From Mycolicibacterium smegmatis (GTDB lineage: Bacteria; Actinomycetota; Actinomycetes; Mycobacteriales; Mycobacteriaceae), in contig NZ_LN831039.1 in assembly GCF_001457595.1 (NCBI RefSeq), forward strand, positions 3,060,001 through 3,092,000: a stretch of DNA of 32,000 nt. The letters run 5' to 3'. The notes beneath the pieces were generated by a model, which saw nothing but the letters and a program-made list of their open reading frames with translations, had not been told where the DNA came from and searched no databases. The translations under genes were made by a program, and so were the position numbers. Shown piece by piece: positions 17,562 to 27,902 of this stretch; the stretch's first letter is position 1; each line of letters starts with the position of its first letter.

Positions 17562-20500
17562 TTACAGCAATCCGAGCATCTGCAGGTTGCTGATGTACTT
17601 GACGATCACGTCGGCCGTGACGTGCGGAATGTCCTTGTCGGGGCCGATCTTCGCGTCCTGCACCGCGGCACGGAACCGGTCGGTGGGTGCCATGGCACCG
17701 CACACGGGCGGTGAGGGCTGCTGATAGTTGTGCAGCAGCGGCAGCAGCGAGGCCTGACGTTGCCGTTCCGGCAGGGCCCGCAGTGCGGTTTCGAACCGGC
17801 TCAGCCAGGTGGCGTAGTCGTCGACGCGGTGCACGGGGTAGCCGGCCTCGATCAGCCAGTCCACGTACTCGTCGAGGCCGATGCCGTCGTCGTACGGGTT
17901 CATCACGTGGAACGTCTCGAATCCGTCGGTGACCTGCGAGCCGATGGTGGAGATCGCCTCGGCGATGAACTCCACGGGCAGCCCGTCGTAGTGGGCGCGC
18001 TGCCGGTTGCCGTCCGCATCGAGTTCGTAGAACGAACCGGGCGCGATGCCGGTCGCCACGAGGCTCAGCATCAGGCGGGTGAACATGTCCGGCAGGTTCA
18101 GCTGACCCGAGTAGGTCGTGTCGGCCAGGATCATGTCGCAGCGGAACACCGAGACCGGCAGACCACACCAGTCGTGCGCCTCCCGCAGCAGGACCTCGCC
18201 GGCCCACTTGCTGTTGCCGTAGCCGTTGGCGTACGAGTCGTCGACCCGGCGCGTCGCGCTGATCTCGCGGATGTCGGCGTCCTCGACGAACGCCTCGGGG
18301 GAGATGCCCTGTCCCACACCGATCGTCGAGACGTACACGTACGGCTTGATCGTGGTGGTCAGCGCGATCCGGATGAGTTCGGCGGTGCCGAGCGCATTGG
18401 GTCCGAACATCTGGCTGTACGGCAGGACGTGATTGACCAGGGCGGCCGGATCGACGATCAGATCGACGGTGTCGGCCAGTCGCTGCCACGTGTCGTGGTC
18501 GAGACCCAGATCGGCCTCGCCCTTGTCACCGGCGATCACCTCGAGGTGATCGGCTGCCAGCGCGCGGTAGTGCTCGAGCAGTGTCGCGTCCCCGGTGTCG
18601 AACGTGGCGTCCAGACGCGCCCGGGCCTCGTCGTCGCTGCGGGCGCGCACCAGGCAGATCACCTTGCCGTCCACCAGGTCCATGCGCTCCAGCCATTCCA
18701 GCGCCAGATAGCGGCCCAGGAACCCGGTGGCGCCGGTCAGCAGCACGGTGCGGATCTCGGTGCCCGAACGCGGCAGACCCGGCGCGGCGGACAGGGTCTT
18801 GGCGTCGATGAACTTGCCCAGGGCGAGATCACGCGCGCGCACCTCGGTGGCGTCGCGCCCGTGCACCGACGCGTATGTGGGGCGCTTGGAGCCGCGCAGT
18901 TCGCCCTCGATGTAGGCCGCGACGCCTGCCAGGTCGGTGGCCGGGCTGACGATGACGCCGACCGGCACGTCGACATCGAAGATCTCGTGCAACAGGTTCG
19001 AGAAGCTCAAGGCCGACAACGAATCTCCACCCAGATCGGTGAAGTGCGCATCGGACCGCAGATCCGTGACGGAGGCACCGAGCAGTGCGACCGCGGCGCG
19101 GCTGACGGTCTCGACCACGGGCCGGTCGGCTCCGTTGCGGCGCAACTCGCGCAACTCGTTGGCCTGCCCCTCGGCCAGGTCGGTGTAGAGCTGTTCGAGG
19201 CGTTCGCCGTAGTGCGCCTTCAGTTTCGGCCGGGCCAGCTTGCGGATACCGGTCAGCAGGCCGTTCTCCAGCGTGAAAGGTGTTGTCTCGACGAGGAAGT
19301 CACGCGGGATCTCATACGACTGCAATCCGGCGGCTCGTGCCGCGTCCTGCAGTGAGTCGCTGATGCGCGACTTGAGTTCGTCACCGTCCCAACGTGACAG
19401 TGCCTCTTCGGTCGGGACCACGACCGCCAGCAGATAGGACCGCGCGCTGTTGCCGTAGACGTAGATCTGGCGTACCAGGGGGCTGTCGCCGAACACCGCC
19501 TCCAGCTTGGAGACCGTGACGAATTCGCCCTGCGACAGTTTCAGCACGTTGTTGCGGCGGTCGAGGTATTCGAGATGGTCGGGCCCGAGCTCGGCGACGA
19601 TGTCGCCGGTGCGGTAGTACCCGTCCTCGTCGAACATCTCGGCGGTGATCTCCGGACGCTTGTAGTAGCCGGGGAACATCTGCTCGGACTTGACCAGAAG
19701 TTCGCCGCGCGGGTAGGGCCGGTCCGTGGCGAAGTAGCCGAGATCGGGCACGTCGACCAGCTTGTAGTCGATGACCGGCGGGCGCTGGATCTGCCCGTCG
19801 ATGAACACCGCGCCGGCCTCGGTGGAGCCGTAGCCCTCCAGCAGATGCATGTCGAGCAGGTCCTCGACCCAGCTCTTCATCTCCGCCGAGATGGGAGCCG
19901 ATCCGGTCAGGGCCGAAACGAATCGCCCGCCGAGCAGTTGGGTGCGGACCTCTTCGAGGACTGCGGCTTCGGCTCGGTCCTCGGATCCCTCGGCGCGGCG
20001 GTTGTCGAGGCGGCTCTGGTACTCCTGGAACAGCATGTCCCAGATGCGAGGAACGAAGTTGAGCTGCGTGGGCCGCACGAGGGCGAGGTCCTCCAGGAAG
20101 GTGGACAGGTCGCTGCGTGCGGCGAAGTACGCGGTTCCGCCGCTGGCGAGTGTGCTGCACAGGATGCCGCGCCCCATGACGTGACTCATGGGCATGAAGT
20201 TCAGGGTGATTGACGGCATCACGCCGAGGGTCTCGTCCCACCGGGCCTTGGACCCGGCCTGCCACATCGTGGCGGTCTTGGACTCGGGGTACATCGCGCC
20301 CTTGGGAGTGCCGGTGCTGCCGGAGGTGTAGATGAGAAGGGTCAGCGGGTCGGTCTCGTCGGGCACGTAGAGCGGTGCGTCGGCGAGTGACCGCCCGCGG
20401 TCCAGTACGTCGGTGATCGTCTCGACGACGACGCCGGTGCCTGCGAGCTTGCCCTTGGCCGCCTCGAACGCCTCACGCTGATCGTCGACCTCGTGGCTGT

Positions 20501-21068
20501 AGTCGAACACCACCAGTCGCGACGGCGCGGGCCCGGACTCGACGAGAGCGACTGCGTCGGCGAGGAAGTCGACGCTCGACGCGATCACCTTGGGCTCGGT
20601 CTCGGCGACGATCGGCTGCAGTTGGGCCACCGGCGCACTGGTCTGCAGCGGTACGGACACGGCGCCGAGTTCGAGCAGGGCGATGTCGATCGTCGTGTAG
20701 TCGACACTGGTGAAACCCAGGATGGCCACGCGGTCACCGGCATTCACCGGATGGTTGTGCCAGGCATTGGTCACGGCCTGGATCCGGCCTGCGAGCTGAC
20801 GGTAGGTGATGGTGTCGAAGCGGGGCAGGAGCTTCGCGGTGGTGCGGCCTTCTTCGTCGGTGACGAACTCGACGGCGCGCTTGCCGAGCGCAGGGCGGTC
20901 CGCATAGCCGGCCAGAATCTGTTTGACCGCGGCAGGAAGGCGCAACTCCGGATCGGCGGCAGCCGCGCTGATCGCCTCGTCGGGACGGGCGGCGGCGAAC
21001 TGCGGGTCGGTTTCGAACAAGTGGTCAATGCGCCGGTTGAAGCGGTCTTCGCGCGTTTCGATCGTCAT
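17562..21068 (-). CDS. car: Carboxylic acid reductase (adenylation-PCP-thioester reductase), FadD9-like
   Basis: 1168 aa; AMP-binding motif [20 protein letters not shown], phosphopantetheine site [12 protein letters not shown], reductase Rossmann motif [18 protein letters not shown]; ATG at 21068 preceded by AGGGG. The track ORF extends upstream to 21188 but that extension is unlikely. Confidence 0.95.
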   Translation of the reverse strand: MTIETREDRFNRRIDHLFETDPQFAAARPDEAISAAAADPELRLPAAVKQILAGYADRPALGKRAVEFVTDEEGRTTAKLLPRFDTITYRQLAGRIQAVTNAWHNHPVNAGDRVAILGFTSVDYTTIDIALLELGAVSVPLQTSAPVAQLQPIVAETEPKVIASSVDFLADAVALVESGPAPSRLVVFDYSHEVDDQREAFEAAKGKLAGTGVVVETITDVLDRGRSLADAPLYVPDETDPLTLLIYTSGSTGTPKGAMYPESKTATMWQAGSKARWDETLGVMPSITLNFMPMSHVMGRGILCSTLASGGTAYFAARSDLSTFLEDLALVRPTQLNFVPRIWDMLFQEYQSRLDNRRAEGSEDRAEAAVLEEVRTQLLGGRFVSALTGSAPISAEMKSWVEDLLDMHLLEGYGSTEAGAVFIDGQIQRPPVIDYKLVDVPDLGYFATDRPYPRGELLVKSEQMFPGYYKRPEITAEMFDEDGYYRTGDIVAELGPDHLEYLDRRNNVLKLSQGEFVTVSKLEAVFGDSPLVRQIYVYGNSARSYLLAVVVPTEEALSRWDGDELKSRISDSLQDAARAAGLQSYEIPRDFLVETTPFTLENGLLTGIRKLARPKLKAHYGERLEQLYTDLAEGQANELRELRRNGADRPVVETVSRAAVALLGASVTDLRSDAHFTDLGGDSLSALSFSNLLHEIFDVDVPVGVIVSPATDLAGVAAYIEGELRGSKRPTYASVHGRDATEVRARDLALGKFIDAKTLSAAPGLPRSGTEIRTVLLTGATGFLGRYLALEWLERMDLVDGKVICLVRARSDDEARARLDATFDTGDATLLEHYRALAADHLEVIAGDKGEADLGLDHDTWQRLADTVDLIVDPAALVNHVLPYSQMFGPNALGTAELIRIALTTTIKPYVYVSTIGVGQGISPEAFVEDADIREISATRRVDDSYANGYGNSKWAGEVLLREAHDWCGLPVSVFRCDMILADTTYSGQLNLPDMFTRLMLSLVATGIAPGSFYELDADGNRQRAHYDGLPVEFIAEAISTIGSQVTDGFETFHVMNPYDDGIGLDEYVDWLIEAGYPVHRVDDYATWLSRFETALRALPERQRQASLLPLLHNYQQPSPPVCGAMAPTDRFRAAVQDAKIGPDKDIPHVTADVIVKYISNLQMLGLL

Positions 21069-21348
21069 ATGAAATCCCCTGAGCAAATAAAAACTAAGTT
21101 CGGCACGGTGTGGCACCTGATGGTTACTACGCTTGTCTATGTAATTTGATTCCTTTTTGACCACTCCATTTGGTGCGATCTGCATCACTTTCGGCTTGGC
21201 GGATGGTGACGCTCACGGCAAACGACGCGCGGCGCTGCGCGCCGGAGTTATGCCGTTAGTAAAACTAAGTTGATTCCCGGTGTCCTGTGTCCAGCCTGCT
21301 GATGTGCTGTGAGTTCGTGGGCGTCGCACGCGGAACGCGCGCGTCTCG

Positions 21349-21990
21349 TCAGTGAATCGCGGGCACGGCGGCCGCGGGCTCGCGGCGACCGGCGAGGACC
21401 TCGACGATCGCGACCGGATCGGGTACCGCGACGAGCAGATCGCGCGTCGCCGTCAGCGCGGCGCCGGACGGCTCGACGTCACCGACCGTGGCCGCCAGGT
21501 CCAGCAGGTGCACGGTCGCCTCCATGAGCGCGACCTCCGCCACCACCGCCAACGTCGTACTGCCCACGACGGGGTAGCGGATGACGGTGTCGTGTGGCCT
21601 GGTCATCTCCGGCATGGCCCGCACTCGGCGCGCGCATTCGGCGAACCGGTTCGCTGCGTCCTCGGGTGTCAACGCCGTGGCCTCCGTGGCGGCCCGCTCG
21701 GCGATCCGGCCCGCGGTGGTGGTGGCCACGCCGTCGGGTTGGTTGAAGATGCGCAACAACTGTGCGGCGTCGGTCACCGCGGCGTCCCCCGAAACGGTTG
21801 CCGCCGCCAGTGACTCGAACGTCGTGACCTCGGGACACACGTGGGCGACCAGCGATCGCACGTCCCATCCCTCGCACCGTGTGCGGGCGCGCCACTGCGC
21901 CGCGGTGAGGCCGGCGCACCGGCGCCCCCACCGTTCCCACGCGTCGGCCAGCGTCTCGACCATCACCACGTCGCCAACCCCACGCGTCAT
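21349..21990 (-). CDS. Maleylpyruvate isomerase N-terminal/DinB-like mycothiol-type family protein
   Basis: LADAWERWGRRCAGLTAAQWRARTRCEGWDVRSLVAHVCPE and C-terminal VHLLDLAATVG. Confidence 0.7.
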   Translation of the reverse strand: MTRGVGDVVMVETLADAWERWGRRCAGLTAAQWRARTRCEGWDVRSLVAHVCPEVTTFESLAAATVSGDAAVTDAAQLLRIFNQPDGVATTTAGRIAERAATEATALTPEDAANRFAECARRVRAMPEMTRPHDTVIRYPVVGSTTLAVVAEVALMEATVHLLDLAATVGDVEPSGAALTATRDLLVAVPDPVAIVEVLAGRREPAAAVPAIH

Positions 21991-22080
21991 GCGCCCAGCC
22001 TAGGAAGGTGCCGCCGAACGTGTCACGACGGTTCGCCGGGTCACCGCGCGGGTATCCGCAGTTTCGTCAAAGGAGGCATC

Positions 22081-22800
22081 ATGACCGATTACGAGACCCG
22101 CGGTGGTCGCCTGACAATGCCGCGCAGCCGCGGCGCCGCCAGCGGATTGTTGCTGGTGGTACTGGGCATCTATGGCGCACTGATCCCGTTCGTCGGCCCG
22201 TATCTCGACTTCGCGTTCACTCCGGATCAGCCCTGGGCGTGGACGACGGCGCGTGGCTGGCTCGAGGTACTCCCCGGCGCGGCCACCGCACTCGGCGGCT
22301 TCCTGCTCCTGACGTCGGGCAACCGGCTGAGCGCGATGCTCGGCGGCTGGCTCGCGGTGCTGGGCGGGGCGTGGTTCGTCGTCGGCCGGGCGCTGGCCGG
22401 GCCGCTCGGGCTGGGCAACCCCGGATCACCCGTGGCGGTCACCGACGCCAAGCGCGTGACCCTGGAACTGGCGTACTTCGGCGGTCTGGGTGCGCTGATC
22501 ATCCTGCTGGCGGCCATGGCGCTGGGCCGGCTGTCGGTCCGCAGTGTGCGCGACGTCGCCTATGCGCGCAGGCCGCTGGCCGGCGACCGCGCCGAGACCC
22601 GCTATGACGACCGAGTCGACGCGCCCGCCGACACGCACGTCGTGGACGCGCCGACGACGCAGATGCCCGCCCAACCGGTTGCGGCCACGGCGACGCCGAC
22701 CACCTCGATGCCGGCTTCGCAGCACACCGAGTCGATGCGCGCACCGCGACGCAGGCGTTTCGGCGGGCTGTTCGGTCGCAGGCACACAACCGCGCACTAG
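22081..22800 (+). CDS. Conserved actinobacterial membrane protein
   Basis: ATG at 22081; four hydrophobic segments (LLVVLGIYGALIPFVGPY, VLPGAATALGGFLLL, MLGGWLAVLGGAWFVVGRAL, LAYFGGLGALIILLAAMAL); the upstream part of the track ORF (from 21841) is non-coding. Confidence 0.7.
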   Translation: MTDYETRGGRLTMPRSRGAASGLLLVVLGIYGALIPFVGPYLDFAFTPDQPWAWTTARGWLEVLPGAATALGGFLLLTSGNRLSAMLGGWLAVLGGAWFVVGRALAGPLGLGNPGSPVAVTDAKRVTLELAYFGGLGALIILLAAMALGRLSVRSVRDVAYARRPLAGDRAETRYDDRVDAPADTHVVDAPTTQMPAQPVAATATPTTSMPASQHTESMRAPRRRRFGGLFGRRHTTAH

Positions 22801-23882
22801 TGTCCTGAGTCATTAATTCGGGCGCAGTAGTTGGCGATGCTGGCCAGGATTTGATCGGCGGTCTTGGTCCAGACGTAGGGCTTGGGGTTGTCGTTCCAGG
22901 TGTCGATCCACGCTCGGATGTCGGCGTTGAGTTGCCGAACTGAGGTGTGGGTGGAGCGTCGCAGCTTCTTGGTGGTCAGCTCGGCGAACCAGCGTTCCAC
23001 GAGATTGAGCCAGGACGAGCTGGTCGGGGTGAAGTGCAGGACAAATCTGGGATGGCCTGTCAGCCAACGTTTTACCGCAGGGGTCTTGTGCGTGGAGGCG
23101 TTGTCGAGAACCAAGTGCACATCAAGATCGTCGGGGACCTCGACGTCGATCTTCTTGAGAAAAGCCAGAAACTCCGTGGCTCGGTGGCGAGAGTGCAGGG
23201 CGCCGATCACCTTGCCGGTGGTCAGGTCGAGAGCGGCGTAGAGGCTGGAGGTGCCGTGGCGAACGTAGTCATGGCTGGCCCGCGCCGGGGTGCCGGGCAA
23301 CATCGGGAACACCGGTTGGGTCCGGTTCAGTGCCTGGATCTGGGTTTTCTCGTCCACGCACAGCACCAAGGCCCGTTCCGGTGGGTTCAGGTACAGCCCG
23401 ACGACATCGCGGACCTTGGCCACAAACAGCGGGTCTTTCGACAGTTTCCACGAGTCCTGCTTGTGGGGAGCCAGTCCGAACGCTCGCCAGACGCGCGAGA
23501 CCATCGACTGACTCAACCCCAGATGGGCAGCCATCGAGCGGGTTGACCAATGGGTGGCATCAGGCGGGGTGGTCTCCAACGTCGCGGTGATCAACGCTTC
23601 GATCTGCTCGTCACCGACAACCCGCGGCCGACCCGGACGTGGTTCATCAACGAGGCCGTCCAGTCGCAGCTCAGCGAACCGATTGCGCCAGCGCCGCACC
23701 GTGCCGATCGACAACTCCAGGCGATCGGCCAGTTCAGTATTGGACCCACCATCGGCAGCTGCCAACACAATTCGAGCCCGCATGGCCAGGCCGGCAGCAC
23801 TCGTACGTCGCCGCGCCCAGCCCTCCAACTCGGCCCGCTCATCAGCGGACAACACAATCTCAGCGGCATGAGGAGTCGGCAC
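22797..23882 (-). CDS. IS630 family transposase (DDE)
   Basis: HTH region RAELEGWARRRTSAAGLAMRARIVLAAADG; LVLCVDEKTQIQAL, VHLVLDNASTHKTPAV, HFTPTSSSWLNLVERWFAELTTKKLRR; GTG start at 23882; stop TAG supplied by target-site DNA. Confidence 0.95.
   Translation of the reverse strand: MPTPHAAEIVLSADERAELEGWARRRTSAAGLAMRARIVLAAADGGSNTELADRLELSIGTVRRWRNRFAELRLDGLVDEPRPGRPRVVGDEQIEALITATLETTPPDATHWSTRSMAAHLGLSQSMVSRVWRAFGLAPHKQDSWKLSKDPLFVAKVRDVVGLYLNPPERALVLCVDEKTQIQALNRTQPVFPMLPGTPARASHDYVRHGTSSLYAALDLTTGKVIGALHSRHRATEFLAFLKKIDVEVPDDLDVHLVLDNASTHKTPAVKRWLTGHPRFVLHFTPTSSSWLNLVERWFAELTTKKLRRSTHTSVRQLNADIRAWIDTWNDNPKPYVWTKTADQILASIANYCARINDSGH
22800..22818 (+). repeat. IS630 left terminal inverted repeat
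   Basis: GTGTCCTGAGTCATTAATT. Confidence 0.92.
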
Positions 23883-23906
23883 GACCTAGTTTAACAACTA
23901 GGCCGC

Positions 23907-23925
23907 AATTAATGACTCAGGACAC
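23907..23925 (-). repeat. IS630 right terminal inverted repeat
   Basis: AATTAATGACTCAGGACAC is the exact reverse complement of the left repeat. Confidence 0.92.
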
Positions 23926-23933
23926 TAGGTGTA

Positions 23934-23957
23934 TCGGGGGAGCGCCGGCTCCCCCGA
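23934..23957. terminator. Terminator-like hairpin downstream of gabT, formerly next to the membrane-protein stop
   Basis: TCGGGGGAGC-GCCG-GCTCCCCCGA, perfect 10-bp stem with tetraloop. Confidence 0.7.
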
Positions 23958-23961
23958 GGTG

Positions 23962-25335
23962 TCACGCGCCGCGGAGGACCTCTTCGAGGACGTCGAGTCC
24001 CTCGTTGAGCAGATCGTCACCGATCGACAACGGCGGCAGGAAACGCACCACGTTTCCGTAAGTGCCGCAAGACAATACGATCACCCCCGCGGCGTGCGCA
24101 CCTGCGCACAGGGCCTTGGTCAGGTCGGCATCGGGTTCGGTGGTGCCGGCCTTGACCAGTTCCATCGCGATCATCGCGCCGCGGCCCCGCACATCCCCGA
24201 TGCGGTCGTCCTCGGCCTGCAGGCGTCCCAGCCGGTCCTTCATGATCTTCTCGATCTGCTGCGCACGCGCCACGAGCCCCTCGGATTCGATGGTCTCGAT
24301 GGTCGCCAGCGCGGCCGCGCACGCGATCGGGTTGCCACCGTACGTGCCACCGAGTCCCGACACGTGCGGCGAGTCCATGATCTCGGCGCGTCCGGTGACC
24401 GCCGACAGCGGCAGGCCGCCTGCGATGCCCTTGGCGGTGACGATCAGATCGGGATCGATGCCCTCGTGCTCGCACGCGAACATCGCGCCCGTGCGCGCGA
24501 AACCCGTCTGGACCTCGTCGGCGATGAACACCACATCGTTCTTGCGGCACCAGTCGAGCAGCGTCGGCAGGAAACCGTCGGCGGGCACGATGAAGCCACC
24601 CTCACCCTGGATCGGCTCGATGACGACCGCGGCGAGGTTGTCGGCGCCGATCTGCTTGTCGATGACGGTGATCGCACGCTTGGCCGCCAGTTCGCCGTCG
24701 GTCGCCAGTTCCTTGCCGAACTCGGCATCGCGGAAGGGATAGGACAGCGGCGCGCGGTAGATCTCCGGCGCGAACGGTCCGAACCCGTGCTTGTACGGCA
24801 TGACCTTGGCCGTCAGCGCCATGGTCAGGTTGGTGCGGCCGTGATAGGCGTGATCGAACGCGACGACCGCGGGTTTGTGCGTGTGGGACCGCGCGATCTT
24901 GACGGCGTTCTCGACGGCCTCCGAACCCGAGTTGAACAGGGCCGAGCGTTTGTCACCGCGGACCGGGGTCAGCCGGTTGAGTTGCTCGCAGACCGCGACG
25001 TACCCCTCGTACGGCGTCACCATGAAGCATGTGTGGGTGAAGTCGCCGACCTGGCTGCGCACGGCCTCGACGACCTTCGGCGCGGAGTTGCCCACGGTGG
25101 TGACGGCAATGCCTGATCCGAGGTCGATCAGCCGGTTGCCGTCGACATCCTCGACGATGCCGCCGCCGGCCCTGACCGCGTAGACCGGCATCGTGGTGCC
25201 GACGCCGCGGGCGACGGCTGTGCCCTTCCTGTCGATCAGTGCCTGGGATCTCGGCCCAGGTATGGCGGTGGCGAGATGGCGGCTCTGCTCGGGATGGCTC
25301 ACGGCGGACTCCTCGGCCGGAAAGGGGCGTGACAA
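23962..25335 (-). CDS. gabT: 4-aminobutyrate--2-oxoglutarate transaminase
   Basis: Class III aminotransferase: GSEAVENAVKIARSHTHKPAVVAFDHAYHGRTNLTMALTAK, VIFIADEVQTGFARTG, VTAKGIAGGLPLSAVTG. A downstream GTG (VSHPEQSRH...) is an alternative start. Confidence 0.94.
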   Translation of the reverse strand: MSRPFPAEESAVSHPEQSRHLATAIPGPRSQALIDRKGTAVARGVGTTMPVYAVRAGGGIVEDVDGNRLIDLGSGIAVTTVGNSAPKVVEAVRSQVGDFTHTCFMVTPYEGYVAVCEQLNRLTPVRGDKRSALFNSGSEAVENAVKIARSHTHKPAVVAFDHAYHGRTNLTMALTAKVMPYKHGFGPFAPEIYRAPLSYPFRDAEFGKELATDGELAAKRAITVIDKQIGADNLAAVVIEPIQGEGGFIVPADGFLPTLLDWCRKNDVVFIADEVQTGFARTGAMFACEHEGIDPDLIVTAKGIAGGLPLSAVTGRAEIMDSPHVSGLGGTYGGNPIACAAALATIETIESEGLVARAQQIEKIMKDRLGRLQAEDDRIGDVRGRGAMIAMELVKAGTTEPDADLTKALCAGAHAAGVIVLSCGTYGNVVRFLPPLSIGDDLLNEGLDVLEEVLRGA

Positions 25336-25639
25336 GGGGCTTGAAAAGTGGAGTGGACATCGCGCGGATCGAGCCTAAACTCCGGCGGCAGTGGTGTAGC
25401 CGGTTTTCGACGCGGCTCCGGCGGCAGGTTTTGCCGGCCGGTTCGGCCGGATCCGCGAACACGGTGCGCACCCACCCCGGCCCGGATGTGCGAGCAACGT
25501 TAAGGTCCTGACAGCTGTCATTGGTGACCGCGCCATCCGCGGTGCCCTGCTGCAATGGCACACTGGTCAACTACGAGGTGCCGGTCTCGCCTGCGGTGCG
25601 GCCACCCTGACCGATACGAATCGACACGAAAGCCCTGTT

Positions 25640-25963
25640 ATGGACCTGGTCATTTTCCTGCCCCTGCTCATCATCATGGGCGCCTTCATGTTCTTCGCGT
25701 CGCGGCGCCAGAAGAAGGCCATGCAGGCCACCATCGACCTGCACAACTCGCTGCAGATCGGCGACCAGATCCACACCACCTCGGGTCTGAAGGGCACGAT
25801 CACCGGGATCAGCGACGATTACGTCGACCTGGAGATCGCTCCCGGCGTCATCACCACGTGGATGAAGCTGGCCGTCCGTGACCGTATCGACTCCGGTCTG
25901 GCGCAGGACGACGACGAGCTGAGCGAGCACACGAACGACACGGACGGCTACAAGAACGACTGA
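25640..25963 (+). CDS. yajC: Preprotein translocase subunit YajC
   Basis: Short N-terminal TM helix, FASRRQKKAMQATIDLHNSLQIGDQIHTTSGLKGTITGI; immediately precedes secD. Confidence 0.95.
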   Translation: MDLVIFLPLLIIMGAFMFFASRRQKKAMQATIDLHNSLQIGDQIHTTSGLKGTITGISDDYVDLEIAPGVITTWMKLAVRDRIDSGLAQDDDELSEHTNDTDGYKND

Positions 25964-26035
25964 CCACCTGACCACTCAGGAGCAACACGTACCCTTTGCG
26001 TGCTGACGAACTGATCTCAAGGAGACCCAAACAAC

Positions 26036-27898
26036 GTGGCATCGTCTTCGGCGCCGGTGCATCCTGCGCGCTACCTGACGCTTTTTCTGGTGCTGCTTGT
26101 CGGCGTCTACTTACTGGTGTTCCTGACCGGTGACAAGAAGCCCGAGCCCAAGCTGGGCATCGATCTGCAGGGTGGCACCCGCGTCACACTGACGGCGCGC
26201 ACCCCGGATGGTTCGGCACCCACACGGGATGCGCTGAACCAGGCCCAGCAGATCATCAGTGCCCGTGTCGACGGGCTCGGCGTCTCCGGCTCCGAAGTCG
26301 TGATCGACGGCGACAACCTGGTCATCACGGTTCCCGGTAACGACGGCAACGAAGCACGCAACCTCGGGCAGACCGCCCGGCTGTACATCCGCCCGGTCAT
26401 CCACGCGATGGCGGCCCAACCGCCCACGGAGGACGGCCAGCCGCCCGCAGGTGCGCCAGGTGCGCCCGGCGCCCCGGGTGGAGCCCCCGGCGCACCCGGG
26501 TTGCCCGGTCTGCCTGGTCTGTCCGGTCTTCCCGGCATGCCGGGAGCTCCAGGAGCCCCCGGCGCCCCGCAGGAGGCGCCGCCGGGCATGCCAGTGCCCG
26601 GCGAGGCACCCGGCGGAGAGGCGCCCGCGCCGCCTGCCGGTGAGCAGCCGGCACCCCAGCCGCGGCCGTATCCGCTGGAACCCGCCCCGACGCCCGGCGA
26701 GCCCACACCGGCGCCCGCACCGGAACCGGCACCAGGCGAGAATCCGCCCGCCGCACCGGCGCCGGGCGCCGACGGTGACAAGGCCGATCTCGCTCAGCGC
26801 ATCGCCACGGCCAAGCAGTGGCGCCAGAGCACCGACCCCACCATGCAGATCCTCGGGTTGCAGGTGCAGGCCAACCTGTGCGGCGAGGACGACATCCTGG
26901 CAGGCAACGACGATCCGAACCTGCCGCTGATCACGTGCTCCACCGACGGATCGACGGTGTACCTGCTCAACAAGTCGATCATGAGCGGCGAGGAGATCAA
27001 GAACGCCACGTCCGGCCTGGACCAGCAGCAGGGCCAGTACGTCGTCGATGTCGAGTTCAAGTCCGGCGGCGCGCAGACCTGGGCGGACTTCACCGCCGCG
27101 AATGTCGGCACGCAGACCGCGTTCACGCTGGACTCCAAGGTGGTCAGCGCACCGGAGATCCGTGAGGCCATCCCCGGTGGCAACACGCAGATCACCGGGC
27201 AGTTCACCGCCGACTCGGCCAAGGAGCTGGCAAACGTCCTCAAGTACGGTTCGCTGCCGCTGTCGTTCGAGTCGTCGGAGGCCGAGACCGTGTCGGCGAC
27301 CCTGGGACTGTCCTCGCTGCGGGCCGGCCTGATCGCCGGTGCGATCGGTCTGGCGGCGGTGCTGCTGTACTCACTGCTGTACTACCGCGTGCTCGGCCTG
27401 CTGGTCGCGCTGTCGCTGGTCGCCGCGGGTGCGGTGGTGTACGCGATCCTGGTGCTGCTGGGCAGGTACATCGGTTACACGCTCGACCTGGCGGGTATCG
27501 CGGGTCTGATCATCGGTATCGGCACCACCGCCGACTCGTTCGTGGTGTTCTTCGAACGCATCAAGGACGAGATCCGGGAAGGGCGGTCGTTCCGCTCCGC
27601 GGTGCCACGAGGCTGGGTGCGCGCACGCAAGACCATCGTGTCCGGCAACGCCGTGACCTTCCTGGCCGCCGCGGTCCTGTATGTCCTGGCGATCGGCCAG
27701 GTCAAGGGATTCGCGTTCACGCTGGGCCTGACGACCATTCTCGACCTCGTCGTCGTGTTCCTCGTGACCTGGCCGCTGGTGTACCTGGCATCCAAGTCGC
27801 CGACGATGGCCAAACCCAAGCTGAACGGACTCGGCGCGGTGCAGCAGATCGCACGCGAACGCCGAGAGGTTTCGCATGCGACCGCGGGACGGGGTTAG
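26036..27898 (+). CDS. secD: Protein translocase subunit SecD
   Basis: [15 protein letters not shown]; [24 protein letters not shown]; [39 protein letters not shown]. Confidence 0.97.
   Translation: MASSSAPVHPARYLTLFLVLLVGVYLLVFLTGDKKPEPKLGIDLQGGTRVTLTARTPDGSAPTRDALNQAQQIISARVDGLGVSGSEVVIDGDNLVITVPGNDGNEARNLGQTARLYIRPVIHAMAAQPPTEDGQPPAGAPGAPGAPGGAPGAPGLPGLPGLSGLPGMPGAPGAPGAPQEAPPGMPVPGEAPGGEAPAPPAGEQPAPQPRPYPLEPAPTPGEPTPAPAPEPAPGENPPAAPAPGADGDKADLAQRIATAKQWRQSTDPTMQILGLQVQANLCGEDDILAGNDDPNLPLITCSTDGSTVYLLNKSIMSGEEIKNATSGLDQQQGQYVVDVEFKSGGAQTWADFTAANVGTQTAFTLDSKVVSAPEIREAIPGGNTQITGQFTADSAKELANVLKYGSLPLSFESSEAETVSATLGLSSLRAGLIAGAIGLAAVLLYSLLYYRVLGLLVALSLVAAGAVVYAILVLLGRYIGYTLDLAGIAGLIIGIGTTADSFVVFFERIKDEIREGRSFRSAVPRGWVRARKTIVSGNAVTFLAAAVLYVLAIGQVKGFAFTLGLTTILDLVVVFLVTWPLVYLASKSPTMAKPKLNGLGAVQQIARERREVSHATAGRG
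26414..26775 (+). repeat. Low-complexity Gly/Pro/Ala coding region inside secD (collagen-like GXP triplets, then AP-rich)
   Basis: Encodes [40 protein letters not shown] followed by Pro/Ala/Glu-rich sequence. Confidence 0.9.
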
Positions 27899-27902
27899 AC
27901 AC

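Larger units (their letters stand above)
22800..23925 (-). mobile_element. IS630-family insertion sequence, 1126 bp, with TA target duplication (22798-22799 and 23926-23927)
   Basis: Terminal inverted repeats GTGTCCTGAGTCATTAATT at 22800-22818 and 23907-23925, perfect match; single DDE transposase; flanking TA on both sides. Confidence 0.93.

Noticed and set aside
16774-18489. 571-aa minus-strand ORF spanning the LacI/SnoaL region and car end
   Set aside because: Antisense/out-of-frame to well-supported genes; arginine-rich shadow composition typical of spurious ORFs in high-GC DNA.
17730-19355. 541-aa plus-strand ORF opposite car
   Set aside because: Mirror frame of the carboxylic acid reductase, no recognisable domain; high-GC artefact.
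21069-21188. N-terminal extension of car ([16 protein letters not shown]...)
   Set aside because: Region is AT-rich leader with a good Shine-Dalgarno (AGGGG) before the ATG at 21068; starting there gives the expected 1168-aa length.
21230-21244. Small GC hairpin CGGCGC-TGC-GCGCCG between the DinB-like gene and car
   Set aside because: Six-bp stem is common by chance at this GC content; insufficient evidence for a terminator.
23929-25116. 395-aa plus-strand ORF opposite gabT
   Set aside because: Complement of a strong aminotransferase; no homology pattern.
22797-25335. IS-adjacent DNA considered as part of a larger genomic island or defence locus
   Set aside because: Both flanks are housekeeping-type genes, only a single IS630 element with intact ends is present, and no integrase, tRNA or defence gene is seen.
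26434-26775. Collagen-like tandem DNA considered as CRISPR or mobile repeat
   Set aside because: Repeat units are in-frame codons of secD with no spacer structure; it is protein low complexity.
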